A DNA stretch of 64,000 nt from a virus. Within the stretch, counting starts at the first letter, position 1. Each line of letters starts with the position of its first letter. The stretch is from IMG/VR virus record IMGVR_UViG_3300025082_000005, positions 7,999 to 71,998 of that record. One strand, written 5' to 3'. The position numbers and the translations under genes were made by a program. The notes under the pieces were generated by a model that saw nothing but the letters and a program-made list of their open reading frames with translations, did no database searches and was not told where the DNA came from. This document shows positions 33,033-42,339 of this stretch, in pieces.

Positions 33033-34460
33033 ATGTCTTCAAGTACAATAACAGAACTTTATCGAGCTATAAATTTAATAGCCTCTGCTCCTCCTTTACA
33101 AAGAAAGGCGCATAGTAGGGATAAAATTGAGAACAGTCTTACAAGGTTATTTACGGCTTTAATAGAAGAGGTAAGTCCTCCTGCTTCTGTGGAGGCTACT
33201 AATGGTCTTCAAATTCTTCCTTTAGGTATAGGCATAGGGGGGCCTTTAACTGAATCAGCAACTTCGGTGAATGGTGTAGCAGGTCAGTCATTAGAGTTTA
33301 TTATTCAAAAAGCAGGAATACCCCCTGTGGCCTCAACAGCAGCTATTCAATTAACGGAGACTAATGTAGCCTTTTCTGCTTTAATTGATGCTAGTGGAAA
33401 TGGAGGTTATTGTACAGTGACAGAAAGCGGCACATGGCTTGGACAAAGTAATAATAGTAATCTAACAAATATCAACATAGGCAATAGTGGAGGTATTTTA
33501 TTTGACGATAGTGTTGCAAACTTCGGAGCTTATTATGGAGCAGATTACTCAACAGTAGGAGCACTAAATCCTAGATGGATCCCTGATAAAGCATGGGTTG
33601 AGAGCCAAATCCCAGGAGGAGCGAATGGCTTACAGGTTGTAGGAAGCAATTTAGAACTAGGCTCAGCAATAACAAAGAACACAACATTAAGTAGAACCTT
33701 TGTTGATTTCTTTGGGGGGGAAGATGTTGACCAAACCATACAATGGTCTAATGGTTTACTTCAAATATTTGTTACAAGCAATGTAACAAATAATAGATTT
33801 GGGTATGTAATGGCAGACCCAGAAGTTGGAGATTTGTACTTTGGATACATTGAAGGAGCCACAGGGGATAGACAAGGGTTTAACTTTGGTAAGTTTACTA
33901 AATTACAAGTTGTAGACCAAGTAGACAGTAAAGGCCCTGTAGGATTAGCTGACTATAGTACTAATGCTCTAGCTGATGATTTGGCTTATCCTCAAGTTGT
34001 AGCGGTTAAGGCCTTACTTAAAAGAACAGAAGTATTAACCTTTAGTTGGGACTCTATAGCTGAAGGAGCAAGCGTTGGGTTTCTAAATGTTATATCGGTA
34101 GATAGCTTTACAAGCGCAAGGGCAGCAGGAAAGGCAATACCAAGTACTGCAGTAATCAAGAACATAACTGTAAACCTTCAAGGTTCTAGTTCAGCTGCTG
34201 CTGCTGGGAATGTAACTATACAATTACAAAGAAGAGAACCAGGAAATGCAGCGGTCTACACAGCAGGATCGGGGACAAATGTTGCTTCTGCTGATTATAC
34301 CATAGGAGGTGTACTAGCAGCATTACAAGATAGAGTAGAGAGAACTACAGGAATAGACACAGCAGTAGGAGGAACAACCCCAGTACTTCACGCATATGTA
34401 TCTGCTATAGGGTTTGCTACACTATCAAGTCTAATTGTGGACGTTGAAATTGAATATTAA
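33033..34460 (+). CDS. Tail fibre-like protein with an internal duplicated module
   Basis: N-terminus is similar to the 29705 fibre; the NGLQ...ADYST module occurs twice. Confidence 0.7.
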   Translation: MSSSTITELYRAINLIASAPPLQRKAHSRDKIENSLTRLFTALIEEVSPPASVEATNGLQILPLGIGIGGPLTESATSVNGVAGQSLEFIIQKAGIPPVASTAAIQLTETNVAFSALIDASGNGGYCTVTESGTWLGQSNNSNLTNINIGNSGGILFDDSVANFGAYYGADYSTVGALNPRWIPDKAWVESQIPGGANGLQVVGSNLELGSAITKNTTLSRTFVDFFGGEDVDQTIQWSNGLLQIFVTSNVTNNRFGYVMADPEVGDLYFGYIEGATGDRQGFNFGKFTKLQVVDQVDSKGPVGLADYSTNALADDLAYPQVVAVKALLKRTEVLTFSWDSIAEGASVGFLNVISVDSFTSARAAGKAIPSTAVIKNITVNLQGSSSAAAAGNVTIQLQRREPGNAAVYTAGSGTNVASADYTIGGVLAALQDRVERTTGIDTAVGGTTPVLHAYVSAIGFATLSSLIVDVEIEY

Positions 34461-34462
34461 TT

Positions 34463-34816
34463 ATGGGAACATTTTATTATAGAACACCAGGAGAAGGGAC
34501 TAGCCCCTTTCAAATGTCCTTGGACAATTGTACGATTGATTTGATTCCTATTTCATCCTTTGATGCTTATAATGAAAACACAAGTTATAGTGCTCAAGAT
34601 ATAGTAGTTTATCAAAGCAATACGTATACCTCATTAGTAGACGATAATGAAGGAATACTTCCAGACAGCGATGAAGAAAGTTGGAAGTTAGAGAATAACT
34701 ATAAAGCCTGTGTTACTAATGCAGACCAAGCTGAATTAGATGCCTTCGAAGCTAAAGTACTATTAGCGTATGGGGTTATCTCGCTTTCAGAGGTTGAGTA
34801 TAATGCACTTTCGTAA
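34463..34816 (+). CDS. Small protein with a CBM5/12-like carbohydrate-binding motif
   Basis: AYNENTSYSAQDIVVYQSNTYTS...P....W matches the CBM5/12 pattern (Y..GD.V.Y.G..Y...P...W). Confidence 0.55.
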   Translation: MGTFYYRTPGEGTSPFQMSLDNCTIDLIPISSFDAYNENTSYSAQDIVVYQSNTYTSLVDDNEGILPDSDEESWKLENNYKACVTNADQAELDAFEAKVLLAYGVISLSEVEYNALS

Positions 34817-34841
34817 ATATGATTACTGGGTCTGCTATAAA

Positions 34842-34854
34842 TTTCGTATTATTA
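34842..34854 (+). promoter_or_regulatory. Putative late promoter element TTTCGTATTATTA (copy 2)
   Basis: Identical to 2910-2922; precedes the block containing the lysis genes. Confidence 0.5.
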
Positions 34855-34876
34855 CAGTACATTAAATTATATTAGA

Positions 34877-35356
34877 ATGAAACAAGGGAAGATTATTGCT
34901 GGATACGATTGTATCCGAGAGATTAAAGAAGGTTCTACGCCATTAAGCTTGGTTTTAGCTAAGAATCTTAATGCCTTCACTAAGATTGTAGAGGCCTTTA
35001 CAGCTAAGAAAGAAGCTATCTTTCAGAAGAAAGTAGTGATGAAAGATGGCCAGCCTAAGTTAAAGGAAGAAGTAGAGAAGGCGATAAAGGAAGGAAAGAT
35101 CAATCCAAATAAAGGAGTTCCTCATGCTTTCTTTGAGTTCCCAAGCACACAAGATGAGACAGAATTCCAGAAGGAAATTGCAGCATTAGAGGCAGAAGAA
35201 ATTCAAATTAATATGCATGTTGTCTCTATGGGTTCCACTATTTATAGTAATGATATGGGCAATGTCCCTTTAGGCTCATTCTTGAATAGTACAGCAAGTG
35301 CACTTTCTCCTACAACCCTATCTATACTAATAGATTTAGGGATACTTATTGATTAA
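34877..35356 (+). CDS. Hypothetical helical protein
   Basis: 159-aa ORF with ATG and AT-rich leader; tightly linked to the endolysin gene. Confidence 0.6.
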   Translation: MKQGKIIAGYDCIREIKEGSTPLSLVLAKNLNAFTKIVEAFTAKKEAIFQKKVVMKDGQPKLKEEVEKAIKEGKINPNKGVPHAFFEFPSTQDETEFQKEIAALEAEEIQINMHVVSMGSTIYSNDMGNVPLGSFLNSTASALSPTTLSILIDLGILID

Positions 35357-35359
35357 GCT

Positions 35360-35995
35360 ATGCAAAAGATACCAACCATAGAGGAAATTAAGAAGGTCAT
35401 GTCCCGAAAGGGGCATGCTTTCTTTGAATCAGGAGAGTTCAATCTCAACCTAATAGGAATCAGAAGTGCTACTAGTATTTCGGATTACTTTGATGATCTA
35501 TTTGTGGTTGTGTATAAGGCTCAAGGCCTCTGGAGAAGACAAGTATATGCTTGTACAACTGATCCAGGAGAACATTGGCTATTGAACCCCTTGAATAGGG
35601 ATGGAACTATTATAATGGTACCCGGGCAATATCGAGGAGCTTTCAAGTTGGGATTACATGGTAGAACCAGTAAGCTTGGTCCTTATGATGCGCTAGAGCA
35701 AGTTAAGCCTATTGACTATGTTCGAGACAATAGTAGAGACAGCGTTCTCCACTTCGAATTGATGAAAGATCCAGCTAATATATTCTCAGCAATAGCTAAG
35801 ACTAATATCCACAGGGCTTCCAAATGGAAACGTTTATTGAATATTGGAAAGTATTCTGCTGGCTGTCAAGTAATTCAGAAACCAAAGGATTTCGAAGCCC
35901 TCATAGGACTATGTAGGGCTCAAATAAACGAGAAGCATGGTAATGCTTTCACGTATACGTTACTTAAAGAGATTGATTTCTATGAAAAAGACTAG
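35360..35995 (+). CDS. Putative endolysin with an L,D-transpeptidase (YkuD)-like His...SxGC motif
   Basis: NLIGIR, FDD, TTDPG, PGQY and TNIHRA...KYSAGCQV; directly upstream of holin- and spanin-like genes. Confidence 0.65.
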   Translation: MQKIPTIEEIKKVMSRKGHAFFESGEFNLNLIGIRSATSISDYFDDLFVVVYKAQGLWRRQVYACTTDPGEHWLLNPLNRDGTIIMVPGQYRGAFKLGLHGRTSKLGPYDALEQVKPIDYVRDNSRDSVLHFELMKDPANIFSAIAKTNIHRASKWKRLLNIGKYSAGCQVIQKPKDFEALIGLCRAQINEKHGNAFTYTLLKEIDFYEKD

Positions 35996-36173
35996 ATTTA
36001 AATTAGCACTTGTTTCTTTTATCTGCTTGATGATAGTTATAGGAGTTGCTATGTTCAAAGATATGGAAAGTATTGCTAGTCAAGCTTTGGCTGGTGTCAT
36101 GGTAATTGTCCCTGTCTTCATTGCTGGAGATAGTTATCGTAAATCAGATAAGGATGAACCAAAGAGTATTTAA
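35982..36173 (+). CDS. Putative two-TM holin
   Basis: From ATG 35982: MKKTRFK, two hydrophobic helices, charged tail. Confidence 0.6.
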   Translation: MKKTRFKLALVSFICLMIVIGVAMFKDMESIASQALAGVMVIVPVFIAGDSYRKSDKDEPKSI

Positions 36174-36477
36174 CGCCCTTGTTGCATTATGTACAGCAGT
36201 TATTGTTGTGCTATGCATGCGCTTCTTTTACACAAGCGCCCCTATAGAAGAAGAAATTAACGTTCATGTGATAAAGGCTGATTCCTTGGTTCACATAATT
36301 GATTCCTTGGGTCTCATAGTAGTACAAGATAGTTTGTTGCTTGACGCATATAAAACAAAGCATTATGAAAAGATTGATTCTATTAAGCATATGTCTACTT
36401 CTGACCTATACAGGATTTGGGCAAAGGGTCGACACCTTAGACTTGACTCCAGCGAAAGCGTACATAGAGCCCCTTAG
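36154..36477 (+). CDS. Putative spanin-like membrane protein (N-terminal TM)
   Basis: From ATG 36154: MNQRVFNALVALCTAVIVVLCMRFF then a helical segment with DSL repeats; overlaps the next gene. Confidence 0.5.
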   Translation: MNQRVFNALVALCTAVIVVLCMRFFYTSAPIEEEINVHVIKADSLVHIIDSLGLIVVQDSLLLDAYKTKHYEKIDSIKHMSTSDLYRIWAKGRHLRLDSSESVHRAP

Positions 36478-36760
36478 TGGTGATACATGTTTCTGTTGGT
36501 GTGGAGATGCTCTTACTCGAATTACTGAGTATAAGATACAAGCAGAGGGTTGTGATTCCTTAGAGATACTATACGTAAGTTCTTTGGAAACTTGTAAGGA
36601 AGTGAATAAGCAGCGTGAGTATGAAGCCTTTGAGCTTCGACTAGCTAATAAGGATAAGGATACAGAGATCAAAGGATTGAAGCGAAAGGTCAAAAGGGGG
36701 AAGTTGATAAGTAGAGGTGGCCTTGGCCTTGTTGTCATAGTATTATTAATAGTTATTTAG
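36365..36760 (+). CDS. Putative spanin partner: signal peptide, coiled coil and C-terminal TM
   Basis: From ATG 36365: MKRLILLSICLLLTYTGFG/Q signal-like segment; ends GGLGLVVIVLLIVI; 113-nt overlap with the previous gene. Confidence 0.5.
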   Translation: MKRLILLSICLLLTYTGFGQRVDTLDLTPAKAYIEPLSGDTCFCWCGDALTRITEYKIQAEGCDSLEILYVSSLETCKEVNKQREYEAFELRLANKDKDTEIKGLKRKVKRGKLISRGGLGLVVIVLLIVI

Positions 36761-36761
36761 T

Positions 36762-38420
36762 ATGCAGCTAACAGTAAAAGTAATAGAGTGGAATGACGGT
36801 GGAGACCTTCCACAGGATCTTATAGTAGATTCTATCGATATAGGAGGAGTTGTGGCTAACACTGTAGCAACGGCAACTGAACTTGTTTCCGATGATACCA
36901 GTGTTGAAGTAGCTGTAACACATGCAGGCTACTATCCATATACTGTTACTATCGATAATGTATTCAAATCTGATCGAGAGATAGTCATTCTAATGGCTCC
37001 TATTGATACAAATCTAGGTAGTGCAACCTATCAGAAGCCTCACCCGAGGTTCTTTTACTTTGCAGACCCATGTTCTTTCAATGTAACTGTGTACTCAGCT
37101 TCTTCATTTACTGGAGAGACTACATGGTACTTAGGGAATGCCCTACAATCGGCTTTGGATAATGCAAGTAAATTTACGTACCAAGCCCCAGCCATCGGTG
37201 AATACCAAATAAAGATGGCCAGTAAGACATATCGAACTGATCCTACTACAAAGCTTACTACTGTAGCCTGGTTAAGGCAGTGGGCCAATTCAGAGGATGT
37301 TGCATATGTCTTCCCCGATCAAGCAATTGGAGAGGGAGAGACAGGTAATACTGTCATTAGTACTAATACAGATGCAAGTGATCTGGTTACGTACCTTGCT
37401 TCGGAAGAACTTACAAACATCACAGTTGTAGAATTTAGACCGACGATCGATCTAGTCTTCTCTACACCAACTGATGTACTTAATGATGTTAATTGCTATG
37501 CCTTGTATGAGGAAGCAACAGTAACACCAACTGTAGTATTAACTAGGCCTCTTTCAGATGAGGCCCTGCATACACTTACTTGGCAAGTAATTGATCCAAG
37601 AGGTATCGAGGTAGTTTTAACACAAAGCGTATTCTCTTTAGCTCTGCCAGCAGCATCGATGGCTATCACTTTCCCTTTAGCAGAATTGGGTACGTATACG
37701 ATCACAGCAACGGTTGATGACATAGTATGTGGTACATCCTTTGTACAGACTGATACATTACAAACCTGTAACTTCGCTGTTGTGGAGACTACTGGTACAT
37801 GTGGAGAGTTCACATTGTACAACCGAAGCCCATCATTCTCTATGGATTACGATGTAAGCCTAGTAGGTGGAACATTGCCTAGCGAGTACAATGGTACACT
37901 TCCTACAGGGGAGGCTTTAACTTTCACACTAGTTGATATCGGTATACACCTTATCGAACTTAATTGGATAGATGCTGATGAAGTTGAGCAAACAATGACC
38001 TTAGTGGTGAACAATTTCTGTGTATTATGGGATTGCCTCGCTGGGTACATAAATGAAACATTATGTAATCCTGAGAACCTTTGTGATCCATGTCCGGATT
38101 CATTAAGATTGAACCAAATGGTTCTGTTCAATATGACTTACTCAATGAAGTTACATAAGGAATATACCTTTAATAACTTCTATACCACCTTAGATGAATC
38201 TAAGTTGGCTGAATTCCAAACAATTAATGCTCTTGCAGATAAGATACGAATCTTCTGTGAGAAATTGAATTGTGCAGGCCTTTGTGCTACATTCACTCAT
38301 GCAAGTAAACAATTTACTTTCGGAGTGGGATCACCTAGTGCCAAGACTTGTAGTACTTGCGGAAGTACCGCAGGCTGTGGATGTTCATCATCCACTTCAC
38401 CTTGTACAACGTGTAGCTAA
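36762..38420 (+). CDS. Structural protein with Ig/PKD-like domains and a Cys-rich C-terminus (tail hub/fibre docking-like)
   Basis: Beta-rich repeats (GEYQIKM, GTYTITATV); ends CSTCGSTAGCGC...CTTCS. Confidence 0.55.
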   Translation: MQLTVKVIEWNDGGDLPQDLIVDSIDIGGVVANTVATATELVSDDTSVEVAVTHAGYYPYTVTIDNVFKSDREIVILMAPIDTNLGSATYQKPHPRFFYFADPCSFNVTVYSASSFTGETTWYLGNALQSALDNASKFTYQAPAIGEYQIKMASKTYRTDPTTKLTTVAWLRQWANSEDVAYVFPDQAIGEGETGNTVISTNTDASDLVTYLASEELTNITVVEFRPTIDLVFSTPTDVLNDVNCYALYEEATVTPTVVLTRPLSDEALHTLTWQVIDPRGIEVVLTQSVFSLALPAASMAITFPLAELGTYTITATVDDIVCGTSFVQTDTLQTCNFAVVETTGTCGEFTLYNRSPSFSMDYDVSLVGGTLPSEYNGTLPTGEALTFTLVDIGIHLIELNWIDADEVEQTMTLVVNNFCVLWDCLAGYINETLCNPENLCDPCPDSLRLNQMVLFNMTYSMKLHKEYTFNNFYTTLDESKLAEFQTINALADKIRIFCEKLNCAGLCATFTHASKQFTFGVGSPSAKTCSTCGSTAGCGCSSSTSPCTTCS

Positions 38421-39028
38421 TGGGCTTTGAAGTACCAAATCCGTTTAAAGTAAACCCATCCCTCGATGATGAGTTGTTTGCAGCAACTTGGGAAATTATC
38501 GAAGAAGAAGTGATGCGTCTACTTGAGATAGGCTGGGCAGCTTCCTTAAAAGGAGATGCTACCACAGCTGTCAAGAATTATCAAGCAGCTAACATATACT
38601 TCTACTTTCTCTATCTTGCCCAGGCAGCTAGAGCAAAGTTGCATATGATAGGCTATTTGAACGAAGGTTGTAATGCTGGTACAGTTGACTGTGCTTACGG
38701 CCTCACATGTATAGAAGATAACCTCCCTTGTTTATCTACTTTCTTCGACACCGATTATAAAGAGGCTTGGGATGCAATCCTGAACCTCTTTGGTGTCGAT
38801 AGAGATACTGACAATTGTGATGATTGTTGTGTAGGAATAGGAGAGATGGTAATAGAGGATCCAAATGATTGCATTGCTTTCATTATTGGACCTTGTATAG
38901 AAGATGAAGTTGAGGTAACAGATCCTCCTACTCCGGTACCACCGACAGGAGAATTTGCCCCTTGCGAGTTCGTCAAGATTGAATTTACAGAACCAGCCGG
39001 AGACGGTGTTTATGATAGTTGTAGTTAA
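38420..39028 (+). CDS. Acidic Cys-rich structural protein (tail hub-like)
   Basis: Coupled to the previous gene; GIGEMVIE motif; about 10 Cys. Confidence 0.5.
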   Translation: MGFEVPNPFKVNPSLDDELFAATWEIIEEEVMRLLEIGWAASLKGDATTAVKNYQAANIYFYFLYLAQAARAKLHMIGYLNEGCNAGTVDCAYGLTCIEDNLPCLSTFFDTDYKEAWDAILNLFGVDRDTDNCDDCCVGIGEMVIEDPNDCIAFIIGPCIEDEVEVTDPPTPVPPTGEFAPCEFVKIEFTEPAGDGVYDSCS

Positions 39029-39038
39029 TAGATAGATT

Positions 39039-41702
39039 ATGTCCGGAGAACCAACCAAGTTTACAGAAAAGCAATCCTTACTAGATAAGATAATAGAAAG
39101 GGTGTTTACCAATACTAGCTTTGCTACTACAGCAGCAGCTATACAGGCGAATGCTTGTGATATTGTGGAGTCCTTATGGGATAAGGGCACCTTTGCAGCA
39201 AATATAACTGATGTTACATATGCTGAATTGGAAGCCTTGGTATTAGCAGAGACGGTAGTACCTCTTGCATATTACCGTATTACTGATTACCAAACGATCC
39301 ATCTGATTTATGGAACAACGGCTGAGTATAACAATACCTCAGTTATCTTTGATATCGGAGATAATACAACTGCTGCTTTCACACCTGAGACAGAGCCTTT
39401 GATTATACAGGCTCGGAATACTACAACCTTCTTTCCTCAAGCAATTTCAGAGGCTTATCCAGAAGATAAACTTCTCTATGATTTCACGGCTAGTACTACA
39501 GAAGATGGCCTTATATCTCGCCCAGGGCTTATTACTTATCGAGAGAATATCACAGATAGTTTATCTGCGTACTTCGATTGGCGAAATACTTTGAATAGAA
39601 GGTATCTTTCGGACCAATCGATAGACTTCGCTGCTTGGGATACATATGCTGGTAACCTTTCAGATAGTATGGATTGGACACCTACTACTAATCATGCGCT
39701 TCCTAAGTGGGCAACGCAGATAGATGGCTCTGATCAATTCAATGCAGGAGGTTTTGTTACTATTGCCGATCAAGGAGGAAGAGATTTCTTAACCTTTGTA
39801 GGCTATGAAGAGGAAGTAATAGAGACACTTGCCTGGACTACTCCTTACTACAAGAACATTCATATTGCAGAGAATCACTCAGCAATTCCTTATACAGGAT
39901 CAGGAAACCCATTACCAGTGCCTAACCCTACACAATTTGATAGGAATGCAAATGTGGTAATCTTTGCTCATTCTGCTTATGATATTAAGATAGGAAACAA
40001 TTGTAATGGTATCACCATGACAGCTAGGGATTTCCGAAATATAGAGATAGGCTCTACTAATCAGAATATATACTTTGGAGGAGTAGAAGCTGGTCCTATT
40101 TACACAACATCACCAGACGAGGCAAACTTTAAATCGGAGTTTGAGAACATTAAGATTGGGAACAACAACCTTAATATCGCTATGGGAGATTATCAACGTT
40201 GGGTTACAATAGGAAGCTCTAATAACGGTGTTGCTATATCAAGACATAGCACTGCGATAGAAATTGGTGACGGTAACGCTAATGTCTTCATGGCTAATTG
40301 CCATAGGGTAACCATTAAGAACCATAATTCAGATGTTCTAATGAACCAACAAGGAGGCCTTCTTGTAGGATATGGAAATAGTAACCTAAGACTAAATGTA
40401 TCATCTAACTTTGATGCTATTTATCTTGGTCATGCTATCCCACCATTCTCTTTAACTGGTAGTTCCTACACAACTCTTCTATCGCCTACGTGTAGAATAC
40501 ATAATGGTTGTTCTAACCTCGTTATACATGTTAGTGATAACTTTGATATTAGATCAAAGACTACAGATGTCCTCTTGGATCAATGTAATAATATAGAAAT
40601 TGGTGTCGACTGTCAGAATATAAGTATGACAAACGTCTTCAATGGGTTTGTTGGAAGGTATTGTATTGATATTAATATTAAAGCCCTTACAGTAAGTGGA
40701 TCTGGTGAGATTCTTATTGGTCAAGGGTGTACAAATATTGCTGTAGCAGGGTCTACTATTGACATAGGCGCTTCTTGCTCTAATATAGTACTGATTTCAA
40801 ACTGTATTGATGTTACAATTGGTAATACTTCTAGTGAAATTTATGCAACTTCTGCGGAAGGTTTGTCTATAGGAACTGGATGTTCTGATATCCACCTTAG
40901 GGCCTCTAATAGAAATACAATTGGAAATGACTGCTCTAATATATTCTATGAAGATTCAGATGATAACATCGTAGGGCAAGGCTGTACGAAGATCTCCTTT
41001 AATAATATAGGACTTAATTACAAGTTCAGTCTTTCTAACTTGTTTACTAATTTCTTAATGGCTTTTAGTACACAAGGATACTCGGATGGTAGATACCCTT
41101 CTGGTAAGTTACCTTGGTTAGCTGCAAACTATGGCCTTCTTGCGCCTTCGCTTATGGCTAGGGAGAACTTTCCAGACGCATCCTTTGATGGAAGCCATAA
41201 TAATACTATAGGGCATAATTGCCAAGAGATATACTTTGTAACTAGTAATGGGAACAACATTGGAAATGGAGTAGAATTCTGTTCTTTTGGTACTAATGGG
41301 TACTTAGGAACCGATAATTATTCTATAACCTTTGATACTACTACAGGTGTAGATAATGGTTATGTGCAAGCAACTGTTCTTGCTGATTATGTTTTCACTG
41401 GAAGAAACTGCGATGATAATAGTCTTGGCACTAAAGCAAATAATATATACTTCGATGCAGGCTTTGCCAACCCAAGTACATTAAATACCATTGGTGTTGG
41501 GGTAGGAAATCTTACAATTCAAGCAACTGGACAGCTTACACAATGTTCGATACTTGTACCAGGAGATCCATTAACTATAAATAGTATAGCGTATACTGAT
41601 ATTCTGTGTAATTCAAGAGATGGCTCTGGGGAACGTTGGTATAGTGAAGTGAATACATTAGACTCTACGGATGCAGGGTATGGTAGATTTGAACAACCAT
41701 AA
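39039..41702 (+). CDS. Tail spike with parallel beta-helix repeats
   Basis: N-terminal TYAEL..L...YYRITDYQT motif; many IG.NC.NI-type repeats. Confidence 0.75.
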   Translation: MSGEPTKFTEKQSLLDKIIERVFTNTSFATTAAAIQANACDIVESLWDKGTFAANITDVTYAELEALVLAETVVPLAYYRITDYQTIHLIYGTTAEYNNTSVIFDIGDNTTAAFTPETEPLIIQARNTTTFFPQAISEAYPEDKLLYDFTASTTEDGLISRPGLITYRENITDSLSAYFDWRNTLNRRYLSDQSIDFAAWDTYAGNLSDSMDWTPTTNHALPKWATQIDGSDQFNAGGFVTIADQGGRDFLTFVGYEEEVIETLAWTTPYYKNIHIAENHSAIPYTGSGNPLPVPNPTQFDRNANVVIFAHSAYDIKIGNNCNGITMTARDFRNIEIGSTNQNIYFGGVEAGPIYTTSPDEANFKSEFENIKIGNNNLNIAMGDYQRWVTIGSSNNGVAISRHSTAIEIGDGNANVFMANCHRVTIKNHNSDVLMNQQGGLLVGYGNSNLRLNVSSNFDAIYLGHAIPPFSLTGSSYTTLLSPTCRIHNGCSNLVIHVSDNFDIRSKTTDVLLDQCNNIEIGVDCQNISMTNVFNGFVGRYCIDINIKALTVSGSGEILIGQGCTNIAVAGSTIDIGASCSNIVLISNCIDVTIGNTSSEIYATSAEGLSIGTGCSDIHLRASNRNTIGNDCSNIFYEDSDDNIVGQGCTKISFNNIGLNYKFSLSNLFTNFLMAFSTQGYSDGRYPSGKLPWLAANYGLLAPSLMARENFPDASFDGSHNNTIGHNCQEIYFVTSNGNNIGNGVEFCSFGTNGYLGTDNYSITFDTTTGVDNGYVQATVLADYVFTGRNCDDNSLGTKANNIYFDAGFANPSTLNTIGVGVGNLTIQATGQLTQCSILVPGDPLTINSIAYTDILCNSRDGSGERWYSEVNTLDSTDAGYGRFEQP

Positions 41703-41705
41703 TAT

Positions 41706-42338
41706 ATGTTACATAAACTTGTCGATAAGGTATTTGTTATCAATCTTCCTGCTTCGAAAGAACGGGAAATCGAGATAGCAGAGCAATGTTTTAAGCATGG
41801 AGTCCATTATGAACGCTGGGAAGCGATAGATGGAAGAGAGAAGAAGGTAGAATGGCATGAAACTAGGTACGCAAAGAACCTCCATGGTTGGACCCAAGGA
41901 GCAGCAGGCTTAGTTCATACTACAATAGCTTTGATCAAGCATGCAAAAGAAAAGGGATACAAGAGTATACTAATTCTGGAAGATGATATTATCTTTAAGC
42001 CTAAGATCTTCGAAGAGACAGAGAAAGGTTTCAAAGGGCTTCCAGAGGATTGGGAACTCTTTCACCTATGCTCACAGAACTTTAGGGTTCCAAGGAGATT
42101 AGGTAAACGGCTAGTTCGCTTAACTGGTGCTTGGTCTTGCCAAGCGTATATGGTTAGTGAGCGTGCTTATGATGAGTACTTAAGTTGGTTAGAATTGTTA
42201 GATAGACCAATAGATGCAGTAACTAGTGGAGTCTTCCACCCGAAAGGTAATAGCTACTCTCTGTTTATCCCACAGATCATAACCAGACCTAATGACTCCA
42301 CCATACGAGGACAATTTATGAATTATAAAGTAGAATAA
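41706..42338 (+). CDS. Glycosyltransferase family 25
   Basis: KVFVINL...R, EAIDG, ILILEDD, AYMVS and PID follow the GT25 pattern. Confidence 0.85.
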   Translation: MLHKLVDKVFVINLPASKEREIEIAEQCFKHGVHYERWEAIDGREKKVEWHETRYAKNLHGWTQGAAGLVHTTIALIKHAKEKGYKSILILEDDIIFKPKIFEETEKGFKGLPEDWELFHLCSQNFRVPRRLGKRLVRLTGAWSCQAYMVSERAYDEYLSWLELLDRPIDAVTSGVFHPKGNSYSLFIPQIITRPNDSTIRGQFMNYKVE

Positions 42339-42339
42339 C

